Shown here: piece after piece, positions 12,101-26,407 of the stretch
How positions within the stretch are numbered: the stretch's first letter is position 1
Layout: each line of letters begins with the position of its first letter
NCBI RefSeq assembly: GCF_009914755.1
Contig: NC_060932.1
Reading direction: 5' to 3' (one strand)
DNA: 64,000 nucleotides
From: the human T2T-CHM13v2.0 reference genome, Homo sapiens
Program-made: the position numbers and the translations under genes
The notes under the pieces: model-generated
Databases searched by the model: none
What the model was told of the DNA's origin: nothing
The model's input: the letters and a program-made list of their open reading frames with translations, nothing else

Positions 12101-15100
12101 CACCTATAAAGACACAAACAGACTAAAAATAAAGGAATAAAAAGCAAATGAGATCAATAAACAGCAGGAGTAGCTAGCTATACTTAGACAATATAAATTT
12201 CAAAACAAAAACTATCAAAAGAGACAAAGAGGCTTGTTATGTATTGACAAAGAGGTCAATTCAGCAAGAGAACATAACAATTGTACATGTATATAAACCC
12301 AACACTGAAGCACCCAGAAATATAAAACAAATATTATTAGCACTAAAGAGGGAGATAGACCCCAATACCATAATAGCTGAAGACTTCAACATCTCACTTT
12401 CAGCATTAGAGAGATCATCTAAACAGTAAACCGACAAAGAAATATTGGAATTAATATGCACTATAGACCAAATTGATATAATAGATATCTATAGAGCATT
12501 TAATTCAACAGCTGTAAAATACACATACTTCTTCCAAGCACTTGAATCATTCCCAAGGATATGCCATATGTGAGGTAACAAAACAAGTCACAAAACATTC
12601 AAATAAATTGAAATAATATCAAGTGTCTTCTCTGACCATAATGTAATAAAACTGGAATTTTGGAAACTATACAAACACATGGAAATTACACAGTATGTTT
12701 CTGAATGACCAGTGGGTCAATGATAAATTAAGAAGATTAAAAACCTCTTGAAACAAATGAAAATAAAATCACAATATATCAAAACCTATGTAATATAGCA
12801 AAAGCAGTACTAGGAGGGAAGTTTATAGCTATAAGTAACTGCATCAAAAATTAGGAAACTTCAAGTAAACAACCTAATAAAGCACTTTAAGGAACTAGAA
12901 AAGCAAGAACAAGCCAAACCCCAAATTAGCATATGAAAAAACATCAGAGCAGAAATAAATAAAATTTAAATGAAGAAAACAATGCACAAGATCAATGAAA
13001 TAAAAGTTGGTTTAGAAAAGACAAAATTTTAAAAAAGATCTTTAGTCAGACTAAGAAAAAAAAAGAGAAGACCCAAGTAAATTAAATCAGAAATGAAAAA
13101 GAAGACATTGTAGCTGATACTGCAGGGATTTAATGGATCATTAGAAGTTATTATGAGCAACTATATGCCAATCAACTGGAAAACCTAGAGGAAATGGATA
13201 AATTTCTAGACAGATATGACCTACAAAGATTGAACCATGAAGAAATCCAAAACCTTGAACAGACCAATAACAAGTAAAAATTGAAGCCAACAAGTATTGA
13301 ATAGACCAATAGCAACAAATAAGATCGAAGCCATAGTAAGAGTCTCTCAGCAAAGAAAAGCCCAGGACCTGATGGCTTCACTCCTGAGTTTTAACAAACA
13401 TTTAATGAAGAAATAATACCAGTTTAAATCAAGCTATTCCAAAAAATAAAGAAGGAGGTTATACTTACAAAGTCATTCTACAAAGCCAGTATTACCCTGA
13501 TACTAAATCCAGACAAAGACACACACACACACACACACACAAAACCGGTAAGCCAATATCCCTTATTAACATTGATGCAAAAATCCTTAGAAACACCATA
13601 TGATCATTTCAATAGATGCTGGAAAAACTGTCAGTACAATTTAATATTCCTTCATGATAACCCCCCACCCCCCAAAAAATGGCATAGAGGGAACATATCT
13701 TAACATAATAAAAGCCATATAAGGCAGACCCACAGCTAGTATCATACTGAATGGGGAAAAACTAAAATCCTTACCTCTGAGATATGGAATACAACAAGGA
13801 TTCCAATTTCCACCAGTGTTATTCAACATAGTACTGGAAGTCCTAGATAGAGCAATCAGACAAGTGGAAAAACTAAAGGGCATCCAAACTGGAAAGAAAA
13901 AAGTCAAATTATCCTTAGTTGCAGATGATACAACTGTTTATTTGGAAATGCTAAAGACTCTGTTAAAAAAAAAACCATTAGAACTGATAAATTCAAGAAA
14001 GTTTCAGGATACAAAATTGACATACAAGAATCAGTAGCATGTCTATATACCAAGAGTTAACAATCTAAATTGAAAATCAAGAAAGTAATCCCATTTATAA
14101 TAGCAACAAATAAAATTAAATACTTAGAAATTAAGCAAAAAAAGTGAAAGAGTTCTACAATGAGAATGGTAAAACATTGATGAAAGAAACTGAAGAGAAC
14201 ACACAAAAAATGGAAAGATATTTCATGTTCATGGATTGGAAGAATCAGTGTTGTTAAGATGTTTATACTGCCCAAAGCAATCTACAGATCAATGCAATCC
14301 CTATCAACATACCAATTAAATTTTTTACAGAAATGAAAAAAAAAATCCTAAAATTTATGTGAAACCCAAAAAGACCCAGAATAGTCAAAGTTATCATGAG
14401 CATAGAGAACAAAACTGGAGAAATCAGATTACCTGATTTTAAATTATACTACAGAGCTATAGTAACCCAAACAGCATAATACTGGCATAAAAACAGACAT
14501 ATAAACAAATAGAACTGAATAGAGTACCCAGAAACAAATCTACACGTCTATATTGAACTCACTTTCAACAAAGTTGCCAAAAACATACACTGGGGGAAAG
14601 GACAGTCTCTTCAAAAATAGATGATGGGAAAACTGGACAGCCATATGCAGAAAAATTATACTAGATCCCTATCTCCTGTCATACATAAAACCAAATCAAA
14701 ATGGACTGAAAACTTAAGTCAAAGACCTGAAACTATGAAACTACTAAATAAAACATTGGGTGAATTCTCTAGGACACTGGGCTGGGCAAATATTTCTTGA
14801 ATAACACCCCGTAAGCACAGGCAACCAAAACAAAAATGGACAAATGGGATCATATCATGTTGGGTTAATAACCAGAATATATAAGGATCTCAAATAAGAC
14901 TACAGGAAAAAAACCTAATGATCTGATTAAAAATGAGCAAAATCTCTGAATAGACATTTCTCCAAAGAAAACAGATGGATGGCAAACAGGTATATAAAAA
15001 CATACTTAACATCATTGATCATCAGAAAAATGTGAATCAAAAGTACAATGAGATATCATCTTACCCCAGTTAAAATTGCTTTTATCCAAAACATAGGCAA

Positions 15101-15923
15101 TAATAAATGTTAGCATAGATACGGCAAAAAGGGAACACTAGTACATTGGTGGTGATAATGTAAGTTAGTAAAATTACTATGGAGAACATTCCATTTCTCA
15201 CCAGAAACTGCCTCAAAAAACTAAAAGTGAAACTTCCATAGCCAGCAATGCCACTCGTAGGTATGTGTCTAAAAGAAAGGAAATCGATATATTATACAGA
15301 TATCTGCATTCCTGTGTGTTTTGCAACACTATTCCCAATAGCCAAAATTTGGAAGCAACTTAAGTTTCCATCAACAGATGAATGAATAAATGTGGTACAT
15401 ATACACAATGGTGTACTATTCAGCCATAAAATGTATGAAATCCTGTCATTTGCTACAACATGCATGGAACTGGAGGCCATTATGTTAAGTGAAAAATGCC
15501 AGCACAGAAAGACAAACTTTGCATGTTCTCATTTATTTTTGGGAACTAAAAATCAAAACATCTGAACTCATGGAGATAGAAAGTAGAAGGATGGTTACCA
15601 GAGACCAGTAAGGATAGTGGAGGAGGAGAAGTGGGAATGGTTAATGGATTAAAAAAAAAAAAAAAGTAGTTAGAAGGAATGAATAAGACCTAGTATTTGA
15701 CAGCACAGCAGGGTGACTACAGTCAACAATAATTTACTGTATATTGTTAAATTACTAAAAGAGGATAAATGAATTGTTTGTAATAAAAAGAAGTATATAT
15801 GCTTGAGGGGATGGATACCCCATTTACTCTAATGTGATTATTATGCTTTGTTTGCCTCTTATCAAAATATCTCATGTACCTTATAATTATATACACCTAC
15901 TTTGTACCTGGAAAAATAAAAAA
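9127..15923 (+). mobile_element. Near full-length decayed L1MA (L1MA1-4-like), with 5'UTR, ORF1 and ORF2 remnants and 3'UTR
   Basis: GC-richer 5'UTR ~9127-10770; ORF1 remnant 10980-11321 (ENFPNL-like NFPNLEKD, RHLIIKL, LAADFS); EN remnant 12244-12429; RT remnant 13816-14037 ([16 protein letters not shown]); 3'UTR and A-tail to ~15923; internal deletions near 10780 and 13590. Confidence 0.92.
13520..13541. repeat. (CA)n microsatellite inside L1 ORF2
   Basis: Directly visible. Confidence 0.9.
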
Positions 15924-16644
15924 TAAGCATATACAATTATTATTTGTCAACTAAAATATTTTAAGAAAGAATCACCCTTCTGTGTTGTTTTGTTTTGATT
16001 TTGTTGTTCGAATTACCTTACATTAAATGTTGTGAGCATGTTGCTTTACTTTCATATCTTTTTACCAGTTAATGTGAGCTATTTAGCTTTGGTCACAGTA
16101 ATTTTTTGTGTTTTTTTTCTCAAACCTGATAACTCTTGTTACACTCATATCAAATAGTATTCTACAATTTTCTTAGTAATCAGTAACTTTTTTAACTTTA
16201 AAGGCATTTCACCTCAATAAAATAAAGTAAAATTTACTAAGTATATAACTCAAACTATCCATGTTGAAATAAATGCTAAAGGTAATCATGAAGCAATTTA
16301 TCCCCTCTCCAGCTTTATTTGTTACTGAACAATGCTCAGGAAAATATCCATTAAGCAGGTACCCTTAAGCTTTGCTCTCATTTTATTGAGCCAAAAACAT
16401 ATGAAATACAGATTTTTAAAAATTAAATTACACTTTTACGAAATTTGATTGGGACTTCTGCAGAATGCCAAAAATACCCTTGTGGAGACATAGACCCACT
16501 AGAAAACCACGTGAAAAACATTCCCCTGATGGAGTAGCAAATTGTGTTTGATGAGGATGACTGTTCGGGACTAATAAGAATTAGAACAATTGTCATTTAC
16601 TAAGCATCATTAGCTTGTCTCTGACTTCTATTATTATATTTCTG

Positions 16645-16795
16645 AAAGTGGATACATTTCTGCCCACTTTGAATACGTGGAAACAGGTTCTGATAAATTA
16701 GGTTATTGACTGAAATCCCATAGAATTATTAAGTGGCAAACTCAGGATTTGTAGGTAGGTCTTTCTGACTCCAGTGTTTATGTTCTTTCTTCCTT
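16645..16795 (-). mobile_element. MIR fragment
   Basis: Degenerate CCCACTTT..GGAAACAGG..AAGTGGCAAACTCAGGATTTG..TCTGACTCCAG matches the reverse MIR core. Confidence 0.65.
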
Positions 16796-17828
16796 TTCCA
16801 CCAAATACATTTACAAGGTTTTCTTCATGTTTATGAGGTAACACACATGTATTATATATTTTTCAATTATTATAAATGTATTAAATGTAGCATTATATAT
16901 TTATATTTGCAATTAATAATATTTTAACAACATAAGATTGTATTACATATTGTTTTACAACACACTTTTTTTTCACTGAGCAGTTATCTTGGGTAATGCT
17001 TTAAAGGCTTTGAAAGTCTTTCATCTTACAGTGTATCATCATCTAGCAATCCCAGCATTCACGAACTGTGCTTCAGATTTTTTATACTTGCTTTTAAGTA
17101 ATGTCAGCAAAAGAAAGGGAACTAACACTTATTTATTGTCCATTCTGAAATATTTGGTATTTTAAATATGGAAATAATTCATAAACACCTGTGATATATA
17201 AAATATACTCAAATTATGCATATTGATTTGTTATGGAAAGAATTTTAAATGTAAAATTGATTACAGAGATTGGTGGAAATACAATTTCTTAAATAACAAA
17301 TGTATATTTTATCAGTGGTATATGTACTACTAAATATTTCATATATTTAAAAACTAGATGAAATTCATCTCAGACTTTAGATATATTTTAAGCACCCTTA
17401 ATATTTTCATTAAGAACTTGACTGAAGTATATGCAACCCCAAATACATTAACAGGTCACATTATTGTAGGTTTCAATAAGTGGGAATAATTTTATTAAAG
17501 ACATGAACTCATGTATAAGTAGCTGCTTCTAACAATTATATTACTTAAAATGGCTTTGTTTCGAAACTTTTCTATGGGGTCTCAGAGTATTTAAACAGAA
17601 TGTTAATGAGGGGAGTTTTACAAGGAGAAAAATATAGTGGAAACAAAGTATTTTACTCTTCATTCAGTTTCTTTTTCACTTTTTGATGGCCTTTTTCTTG
17701 AAGTCTCGGAAATACTATTAATAATATCAAATAATTTATTTAAATTAAATACACATTAAATATTTTTAAAATTAAATAATAAACGAAATAAAAGAGTTTT
17801 GTATCAGAAAGGTTGTAATTTATATTGG

Positions 17829-18379
17829 TGCTTCAGTTATCTCTTGCTGCCTTACAAACCTCCCAAAATTTAGTGCTTAAAAAAACCCAAACATTATTTA
17901 TTTGCTTACAATTTTGCAACTTGGCAGCACTTGTCTGGGCCTGTGCTTTATGTGGTTTGGTTGAGGAAACTCAACTAGGGCTGCATGAAGATTTATTTAT
18001 ATATGTGATATCTCAGGTAAGATGACTATCATGGCTAGAGGTTGGCTGAACTTCTTTCTCTTCCTTCTTAGTCGCTCATTCTTCAAGCATCCTTCTTTCC
18101 ACTCTTGTCTCAGCAGCAATATAGCTGGGCTGCTTCACATGGTGGCTGTTGTTCAAGAGAAAAAAATGTATGAGCTGGCAGGCTACTTAGGCTTAGGGCT
18201 TGAACTAACAAAATAACACTTTCTACCGTATTCCATAGGTCTTGGTCAAAACAAATAACAAAGATTGCCAAAATACAAAGGGAGAAGAAATAGAGTCCTC
18301 CCCTTTGTGAACAGAACAACATATGCCTACAGGAATGGGACAAGTTTTTGGTAGCTATCTTTGCACAAGATCTATCACA
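17829..18379 (-). mobile_element. MLT1-family (ERVL-MaLR) solo LTR
   Basis: AGTTATCTCTTGCTGCCTTACAAACCTCCCAAAATTTAGTGCTTAAAA start; GGGCTGCTTCACATGGTGGC; AAGGGAGAAGAAATAGAGTCCTCCCCTTTG; ends ATCTATCACA. Confidence 0.75.
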
Positions 18380-18389
18380 ACTGGTTAAA

Positions 18390-18575
18390 AAATAAGTTCA
18401 TATTCTTGTTCTGTCAATTGTTAGTTGAGTGATCTTGGGTAAATTTTTTTAACCTCTCTAAGCTTCAGAGTTCCGAACCACAAAAGTAGTATACTGGTAA
18501 TCTTTATTTCAAAACGTTGTTGTAAGAATTAAGTGACATATATACATACAACATTAAATACATTGCTAGCCACAT
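18390..18575 (+). mobile_element. MIR
   Basis: GTGATCTTGGGTAAATT..AACCTCTCTAAGCTTCAG core and GTTGTTGTAAGAATTAAGTGA. Confidence 0.75.
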
Positions 18576-19409
18576 GTTACATTTCAATAAATGAGAATTA
18601 TCATAAAAACATAATATGCAATTTTCATTAACCTCAAAACCATTTTAGTATAATTCAGATTTATAGAAGTCACTGGTTTCAGAGAATAGCCTGGGCAAGT
18701 AAGATTTAAGTAAATAAAAATGTTTTCATTTTTAGCCCTGAAAAAGTTTGTTTCCATAATAGATTCCCTCTGCATTTTATATGATATCCAGAAGAGTAAG
18801 GTTGAAAATTGCAGCATGAAATTGGCAGAGACATATCTGCTTAAAAATATTTGTGTACATATTGCTTGACCAGCATAATTGCTAGGTATTAAATTCAACC
18901 ACAAAACTATTCAGATGGGTAATTATAAAGAGAAATTAAGAAGACTTTATTTTAACATGTCCAGACATTATTGTAAAATAACACATCAGGGATTATACTA
19001 ATGCTTTTTCACAAACCAACTACTTCCTAATAAATGAATCTATATAATGGATATGAAATTTTTCTTCTTACTGTATACACATTTTATCAGATGCCTGAGG
19101 TCCAAAAAAGTCATTATGAGAATAATCCATTAAAATACAAATTTAATAGATTACATTTTAGTCTCAAGGTTTTCTACTGTTGCCCATCCTATCCCCCCGA
19201 ATCAAGAAGCCAGATTTTGCTTTTTCTTTGCCTTAGGGAAAACTAGATTAAAAGCAAAAGATGCTTAAAAACAATCACAATTCTTGTCTATTAAAAGCCA
19301 ACTTTATTGAGAATTTTATGCTATGTTCCTTAAGTGGGAAAAGAGAGTACGAAAAAATAGAATAAAAAGGTAGGAAAGAAAATTTCATCAAAAAATATGA
19401 AGAAGATGA

Positions 19410-19805
<396 letters not shown>

Positions 19806-20440
19806 TAGAACATCTGTGATAGTCTCAGATGAGCTACAATGTGTTATATGCGTAAGAGATAACGCTGAGTTTCCTTTAAATGAGAATTTACCGTGAAAGA
19901 AAAGGGTAACTTCAGTACAAATCCAAGGCTTGGGTGGTACTGAGGAGACACGGATTCTAGTTCACGGTGCTGCTGAAAATTTGAAGCACTCTCTGAGTGA
20001 GGGGACGTGTGCTTAGGAATAACAGCTGTATGTGTGAATGTGGGCTGCAGGATAGGACCCGAGACAGGGAACATGGGCTTTCAGCTTGTGCAGGGTGGGG
20101 TACAAGGATATTGCTGCAACAATAGGCAATGCCATGTAAGAGGTATTGACCAGTTCTCAGTAGCAATGCTAAATGTTTTATCAGATGCTATTTTTCTTTC
20201 TACGTTGCTTCAAGTGTGTCCTAAGCCTTTGCTCTAAATAAGTCCACTCATTTTTTGATATTTTACTGGATGTGTATGAAGACCAGCATGAAACAACTAG
20301 ACTTGATGCTATTTGTGTAGAAGGGTCTCACACAAATTACATAGAATATATCAGCTGACTATGATATGATAAAATGAGATTATAATAACAAAAGTACAAA
20401 TTGAAAGGTGTTACCACACAAAGCATAAAAATTAATTCTC

Positions 20441-20737
<297 letters not shown>

Positions 20738-21645
20738 TTATTCTCACAGAGTCCTGTTGATACATACTAATTTTTAATTTCATTTTATGGTTCAAGACAT
20801 AGATGTTGAAGTTAGAACACTAGGTCAAGGGAATACATAGGGGCAAGGTTGAAATTTGAACCTAGATTTTAAAAACACCATGATTTATCCACTTAGCTAC
20901 CTTGTAATATGTATTAAATATTGTATCTTACAATGGTTAGACTTGAAAAACTGTTTATTGATATTATGTAAAGTCAAAAAGTATTCATTTTTATACTCAA
21001 TTTTTATATTCAATTTAGCTTGTTTTATAACTGATAATGTCTAAGATATATACAAATGTATTTGTGTGTGTATACATAATAAGAAACCAAGCATTTTTTC
21101 TATTGGATTCATCTCTTTATCTTAGGCAGTGATATATAGCAGGCATCCAATAAATATTTGAGTTATTAACAATTCAATGAAATGTTTGCAGGCTATTGGG
21201 TATTACATATTCATAAATATCCTTTTGATAGACTGTCAGGAAATATGTAAAAAAGTTATCACTGTTTATATCTAGGTTATAGAATTGTGGAATTTTATTA
21301 TTTTGATTTTAAATTTATTTATATATTAAATATTTTCTTCAACAGGGATATCTTTATCATCAGAAAAATACTAAAAAATATAAATAAAATTACAAATCTA
21401 ACTTACAACAAAAATCATGTGATAGGAGAAGCAAAACAGAATTTCGGCCACAGGCGTGCAAAAAAATAATCCATGCAATGTCAATTAACTAACTGATTCT
21501 CACTATATTGAATACTAGAATAATTTACACTGAAATTCAACGTATCTAATCTGAAAACCTAATGAACCATAGTCTTAAACAATGTTGGACAACTTATTTA
21601 GTCCATTTGAGGAAGATTATTTATCTGTTAAGAAAGGAACACTAA

Positions 21646-21978
<333 letters not shown>

Positions 21979-23924
21979 CTAATGATGACCAGGCAGGATT
22001 TGGGAGAGGTTTAGAGCTGTTTGTAAAAACCTTGTTACATTGTTTAGCATAGAGCAGGCACTCAATATATGCTGCCTACTACTGTTATTATACTTATAAG
22101 AAATAGTTAATTCTTTAAAAATGCTTGTATATGTATATATTTATAATAGTAGATATGAAGGCCTTGAAACATCACCAGTCTTGATCTAAAGAGTTAATAT
22201 TTCTATTACCTTAAATATTGAAGCACATGTTGCTTTTGAATGTTTGCTACCAGTGATTTAACTTCCCGCATCAACTGAGGTACTGGAAAAACTATAGTGT
22301 TGAGAGTATATGAAGAAATCATGCTACTTGTTGCTGTATGTGCCCACTTTTAAAAGAAATATTATAAGTCAAAAGCCAGAAATGAATATTTATAAGAAGA
22401 CATGTTCTGTCTGCATCATCGCACATGGAAATCAATGTCTTTATTTCAATAATTAAATAGTCAAGTAGCCACACATGTTTATTTGAATGTTTAGTACATT
22501 TATCTAACTGTATTATGACTTAAATATGCTCATATGGTGAAATGGTTTATTTTACAAACACTCATTTAATTGACTCTGACATTTCACATTCCTGTGTATA
22601 TAATGCATTGACCTGGACTATGTGATTAATAAAATGTATCGAGTATTTTCTCTATTTCCTATTGTTTCTTTTCAAGGCAGAAAAGGAAATTAAATACCTC
22701 AAAACCTTTTCACCTTTGTAATTTTGTAACTTATGCCTTAAAAGAGAGATTTTTTCTTTTCAGTTTAACCTTAGTTACTGAACTATGCATATCAGTTGCA
22801 GCTCACATATCTATTAAGAATAGAATAATGTGTTATAGATTAACCAAATGCACATGGAACATTCACATTCTGGTAGTTATAAGTCATAAGTTTCAATGCT
22901 CTGACTTTGAACTTACAAGATTTCAGGTACAATTGTACCCTAATTGCAGGATTGTGTTGCTCTTTTATTTCAAGCTTCAGAACTAATGAGAGATAATTAT
23001 ACTGTAAAAAAGACACTCACAAAAAAGGAGAGATTCTCTATGAACAATATTACCAGATTTTGAACATACAATATGTTTCTTATTCAGACCTGTACTGTCA
23101 AGTCCTTGAATACTTAAATTAATGGAATGTTAAAGTACTTACTTGCTCTTTATATGTCTTTCAATGTACTTAAGGGCTCCTTTAGTTTAAAACCTGGTAT
23201 CTTACATTGGAAATAAGAAGAAACAGATAAGCGCATTTGGGCGATAATTCAGAGTTGATGAGCTTCAACTGATTGGGAGACAAATAAATAAATCACAACA
23301 GCAACAAAAATGCACAGCAACTCTATATAGTCAATCATATTTAAAGACCTGGAAGCAAAGCAACACTAAAATGGTCTATTTTGAATAGATGGGCTAATAA
23401 GAATATATTCTCTAGACTTAGTGCACCATTATGAACCACAAAAGACATCTTGGGTTTCTGAAAACTAATTCCTGCTGTAAATAGTTCTTTTAATTGTGGT
23501 TTATAATATGAGTAATGAAAAAAACTATTTCACGTGAACCATAACCACTACGTAAGATTTCAGAATGGGTCAAGCTTAGGTAACTAACTTTGCAAAGTGA
23601 TGAATTCCATCCTCCTAGGTTTTCTTGTCTGGAATGCCCTCCATCATCCTACTCTTCATCCTTCCATAGCTCAGGGTCTTCTGAAAGTTTCTGTGAGGTT
23701 TTTCTCGATGCTAATGTTTGCCCACCTATTCTGGAACTTTCATAGCAATTTATCACATACAAGAAGCCTGGAACGTAGCTAGGGTTCTGTAAATACTTTT
23801 CTTAAGTAAACATAAATAAATGTGCTTTTGGGATACAGGGAGAAAGTCATATTTTGCAGAGTGCTTTATGTGGTCTTGCTTAATAACTATTGATGCCTAT
23901 CATGTGCTTCATAAACGGTTCACC

Positions 23925-24760
23925 GAAAAGAACCCAATATCACTTTTGTGGTTTTTCTGCCAAAAATGCATACCCTGAATCTAGTAATGAGAAAACATCA
24001 GATAAACCCAAATTGAGGGACATTCTAGAAAACAAATGGCCTGTGCTCTTCAAAATGTTAAGGTCATAAAAGATTTAAAAACATACATTTTAATGGAAAT
24101 ACTGAGAAACTCATCCAGATTAAAGAAGATTAAAGAGACATGACAACTAAATGCGTCAAGTAACTCTGGGTAGAAGTGCAGACCAGGAAACCATTTTTTT
24201 TTATAGTGAGAGAAATGGTGACTTTTACTTGAATAAAAAGTGCGTAGCTTATATAATAGTATTATATCAATATTATATCATATATCAGTATATTATGCTA
24301 TTGATATACTGATATATTATTGATATAATTGATATACATATTAGTATTATATCAATACTATGTACGATATATAGTACAATATAATGTACAATAGTATTAT
24401 ATCAATAATATGCTATATTAGTATTATATCAATATTAATTCCTGGATTTTAATAATTAATAATTATGATGTGGTTCTATAAGAGAATATCATAGTTTTCA
24501 TAAATACACATTGATGTATTTAGGGGCAAAGGGTCATTATATGTGCAAATAGTTCAGGAATCATATATCAGAAACAGTCCAGGAAAACAAAGTACCTGAG
24601 CAGGATTGGGAATAGAGAGAGAGAGGGAGAAAAAAAAGCAAATGTGTTAAAATGTTGACATTGGGAAGCTGGATGAGGGGTATAAGGAAATAGTTTAAAC
24701 TAGTTTATTCAAGTTTTATTAAGCCCGCAATAAATTAAATATAAAATTTTAAATAAAGAT
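23925..24760 (+). mobile_element. L1MC-like 3' end fragment
   Basis: CTGAATCTAGTAATGAGAAAACATCAGATAAACCCAAATTGAGGGACATTCTA, CCAGATTAAAG..AGAGACATGACAACTAAATGC, GTATTTAGGGGCAAAGGGTCAT. Confidence 0.8.
24255..24436. repeat. AT-rich patchwork repeat with four copies of AGTATTATATCAATA
   Basis: Copies at 24258, 24343, 24393 and 24420, plus inverted sub-copies at 24304-24329. Confidence 0.85.
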
Positions 24761-26407
24761 TGGTAAGAGCAAGCTAAATTTTATACCTCTTTTCTTAGTT
24801 ATCACAAAGGAATAACAAACAACGTGCTCTCCTTAAGCCATCCTGACTACTCTAACATCCTGCTTCCACTAAAAATACTGACGGCCAAATTCACAAATAA
24901 GAGACAAGATGGAAACTGATTGATTTCACACCGGTAAGGCTGAAATTTAAATGGGTAGTTTTTTGGAAGAGATCCCATTAAGGGAGGGTATTTGGCCATT
25001 TATCATAGGTTCATAATGAGTTAATTAGTCAGAACATTTTTTCTTCCATTCATTCAGATACTCATTGTGTATGTATTGTGGTCTGTGTGTGCATTTGTGT
25101 TTGTAAATATGGCAGGATTCCATCTCTGCCCTCAAGTTGCTTAACTGAGGGTCACTGCACAAAGCACAATATTTACTGCATAGTTATTGCTACTGCTTCA
25201 AGGCACAAGTCAGATATCTTCCAGGAACCTATATTTAAGTTGTCTACTAATTATTCAACTAAATACCTGAATGATATCTGTCTATATTGTGCTCTTACTC
25301 TAAGCTCCCACAAAGCTGGCTCTATGAAATACAATTTACTTTTTCATATTCAGATAGAGTTTACTATATATATTTGTGGATTGCAAATATGACATACCTA
25401 AGAAGAATAAATATACAGTTTTCCTAGAAAACTAAGGTATCACCAATTTGAAACAATGAACATATCATAAATTAAAGAGTGATCTTTTACATTCAAAAGT
25501 ACTTCAGTAGATGTTACCCAGCATATTTTCCAAGTCTTAAGTAACATAGACAAAATGCTGGTATCAAAAATTGAGATAATTATAATTTAGTGAATTTCAG
25601 AAGTCATATTGTAGTTCTAAGAAGAAAAAATTGTCCAGCTAGTTTATTTGGATATATAATTTTACTAAGGTATGTTTTGCCTAAAGTAAGGTTTACTTTA
25701 CTTCTGTTTTGTTTAGTAGATTAGTTCAATACGAACTGATCTTTTAATAGCTAGTAGAACTTTGGATTTAATATTTATTTACAAAGAAGTATGGGTTTCT
25801 ATATTTCCTAAAATTTGTAAGCAAACTATATTTAATCATAGAGCCCCAGCAGATCCTTATGAAATACTTAATTTTTATGCTATTGAGGATTGGTTTCTGA
25901 GATTCTGCATTTTGAATAGCTTTATCTTTTTGCATAGATATATTTTAAATAATGTTTCACGTAGTACTTGTCACTATGAAGAATAACTTCATTAATTTTA
26001 TCTTGTGCAGTTATTTTAATTATACTCTAAACTTTTATTTACACGTCTCCAATCTTTCTAGACACAATGTGAAAACCATCACAAAATGGTAAAAATCATT
26101 TTAGAGTCTGCTCTCATTTAAGAAAAATCAACTTTGAAATGAGTTTCTCTGAGAACTTTTAAAAGCATTCTAAGCACAACTTTAGAGTAGAAAATATTTA
26201 GAAGTGCTAGATCTTCAAATACATAATCTTAATAAAAACTAATTTTTATTTTCATTTGAATAGTACATATAATTTGATTTTATGTAGTTTCAAATAGCTG
26301 TTTTCTTTTATGCAGGCATGTATATGCCTGCTCCCTACCTGATGAATGAATACATTCATTTCAGGAGATCAGAATGGTGCATAATATTCAAATATTTTAT
26401 CCAAAAA

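Noticed and set aside
22926-22939. 14-bp perfect palindrome GGTACAATTGTACC
   Set aside because: A few palindromes of this size are expected by chance in 64 kb
24255-24436. CRISPR-like array of 15-mers
   Set aside because: Spacing is irregular and the spacers are derived from the repeat itself
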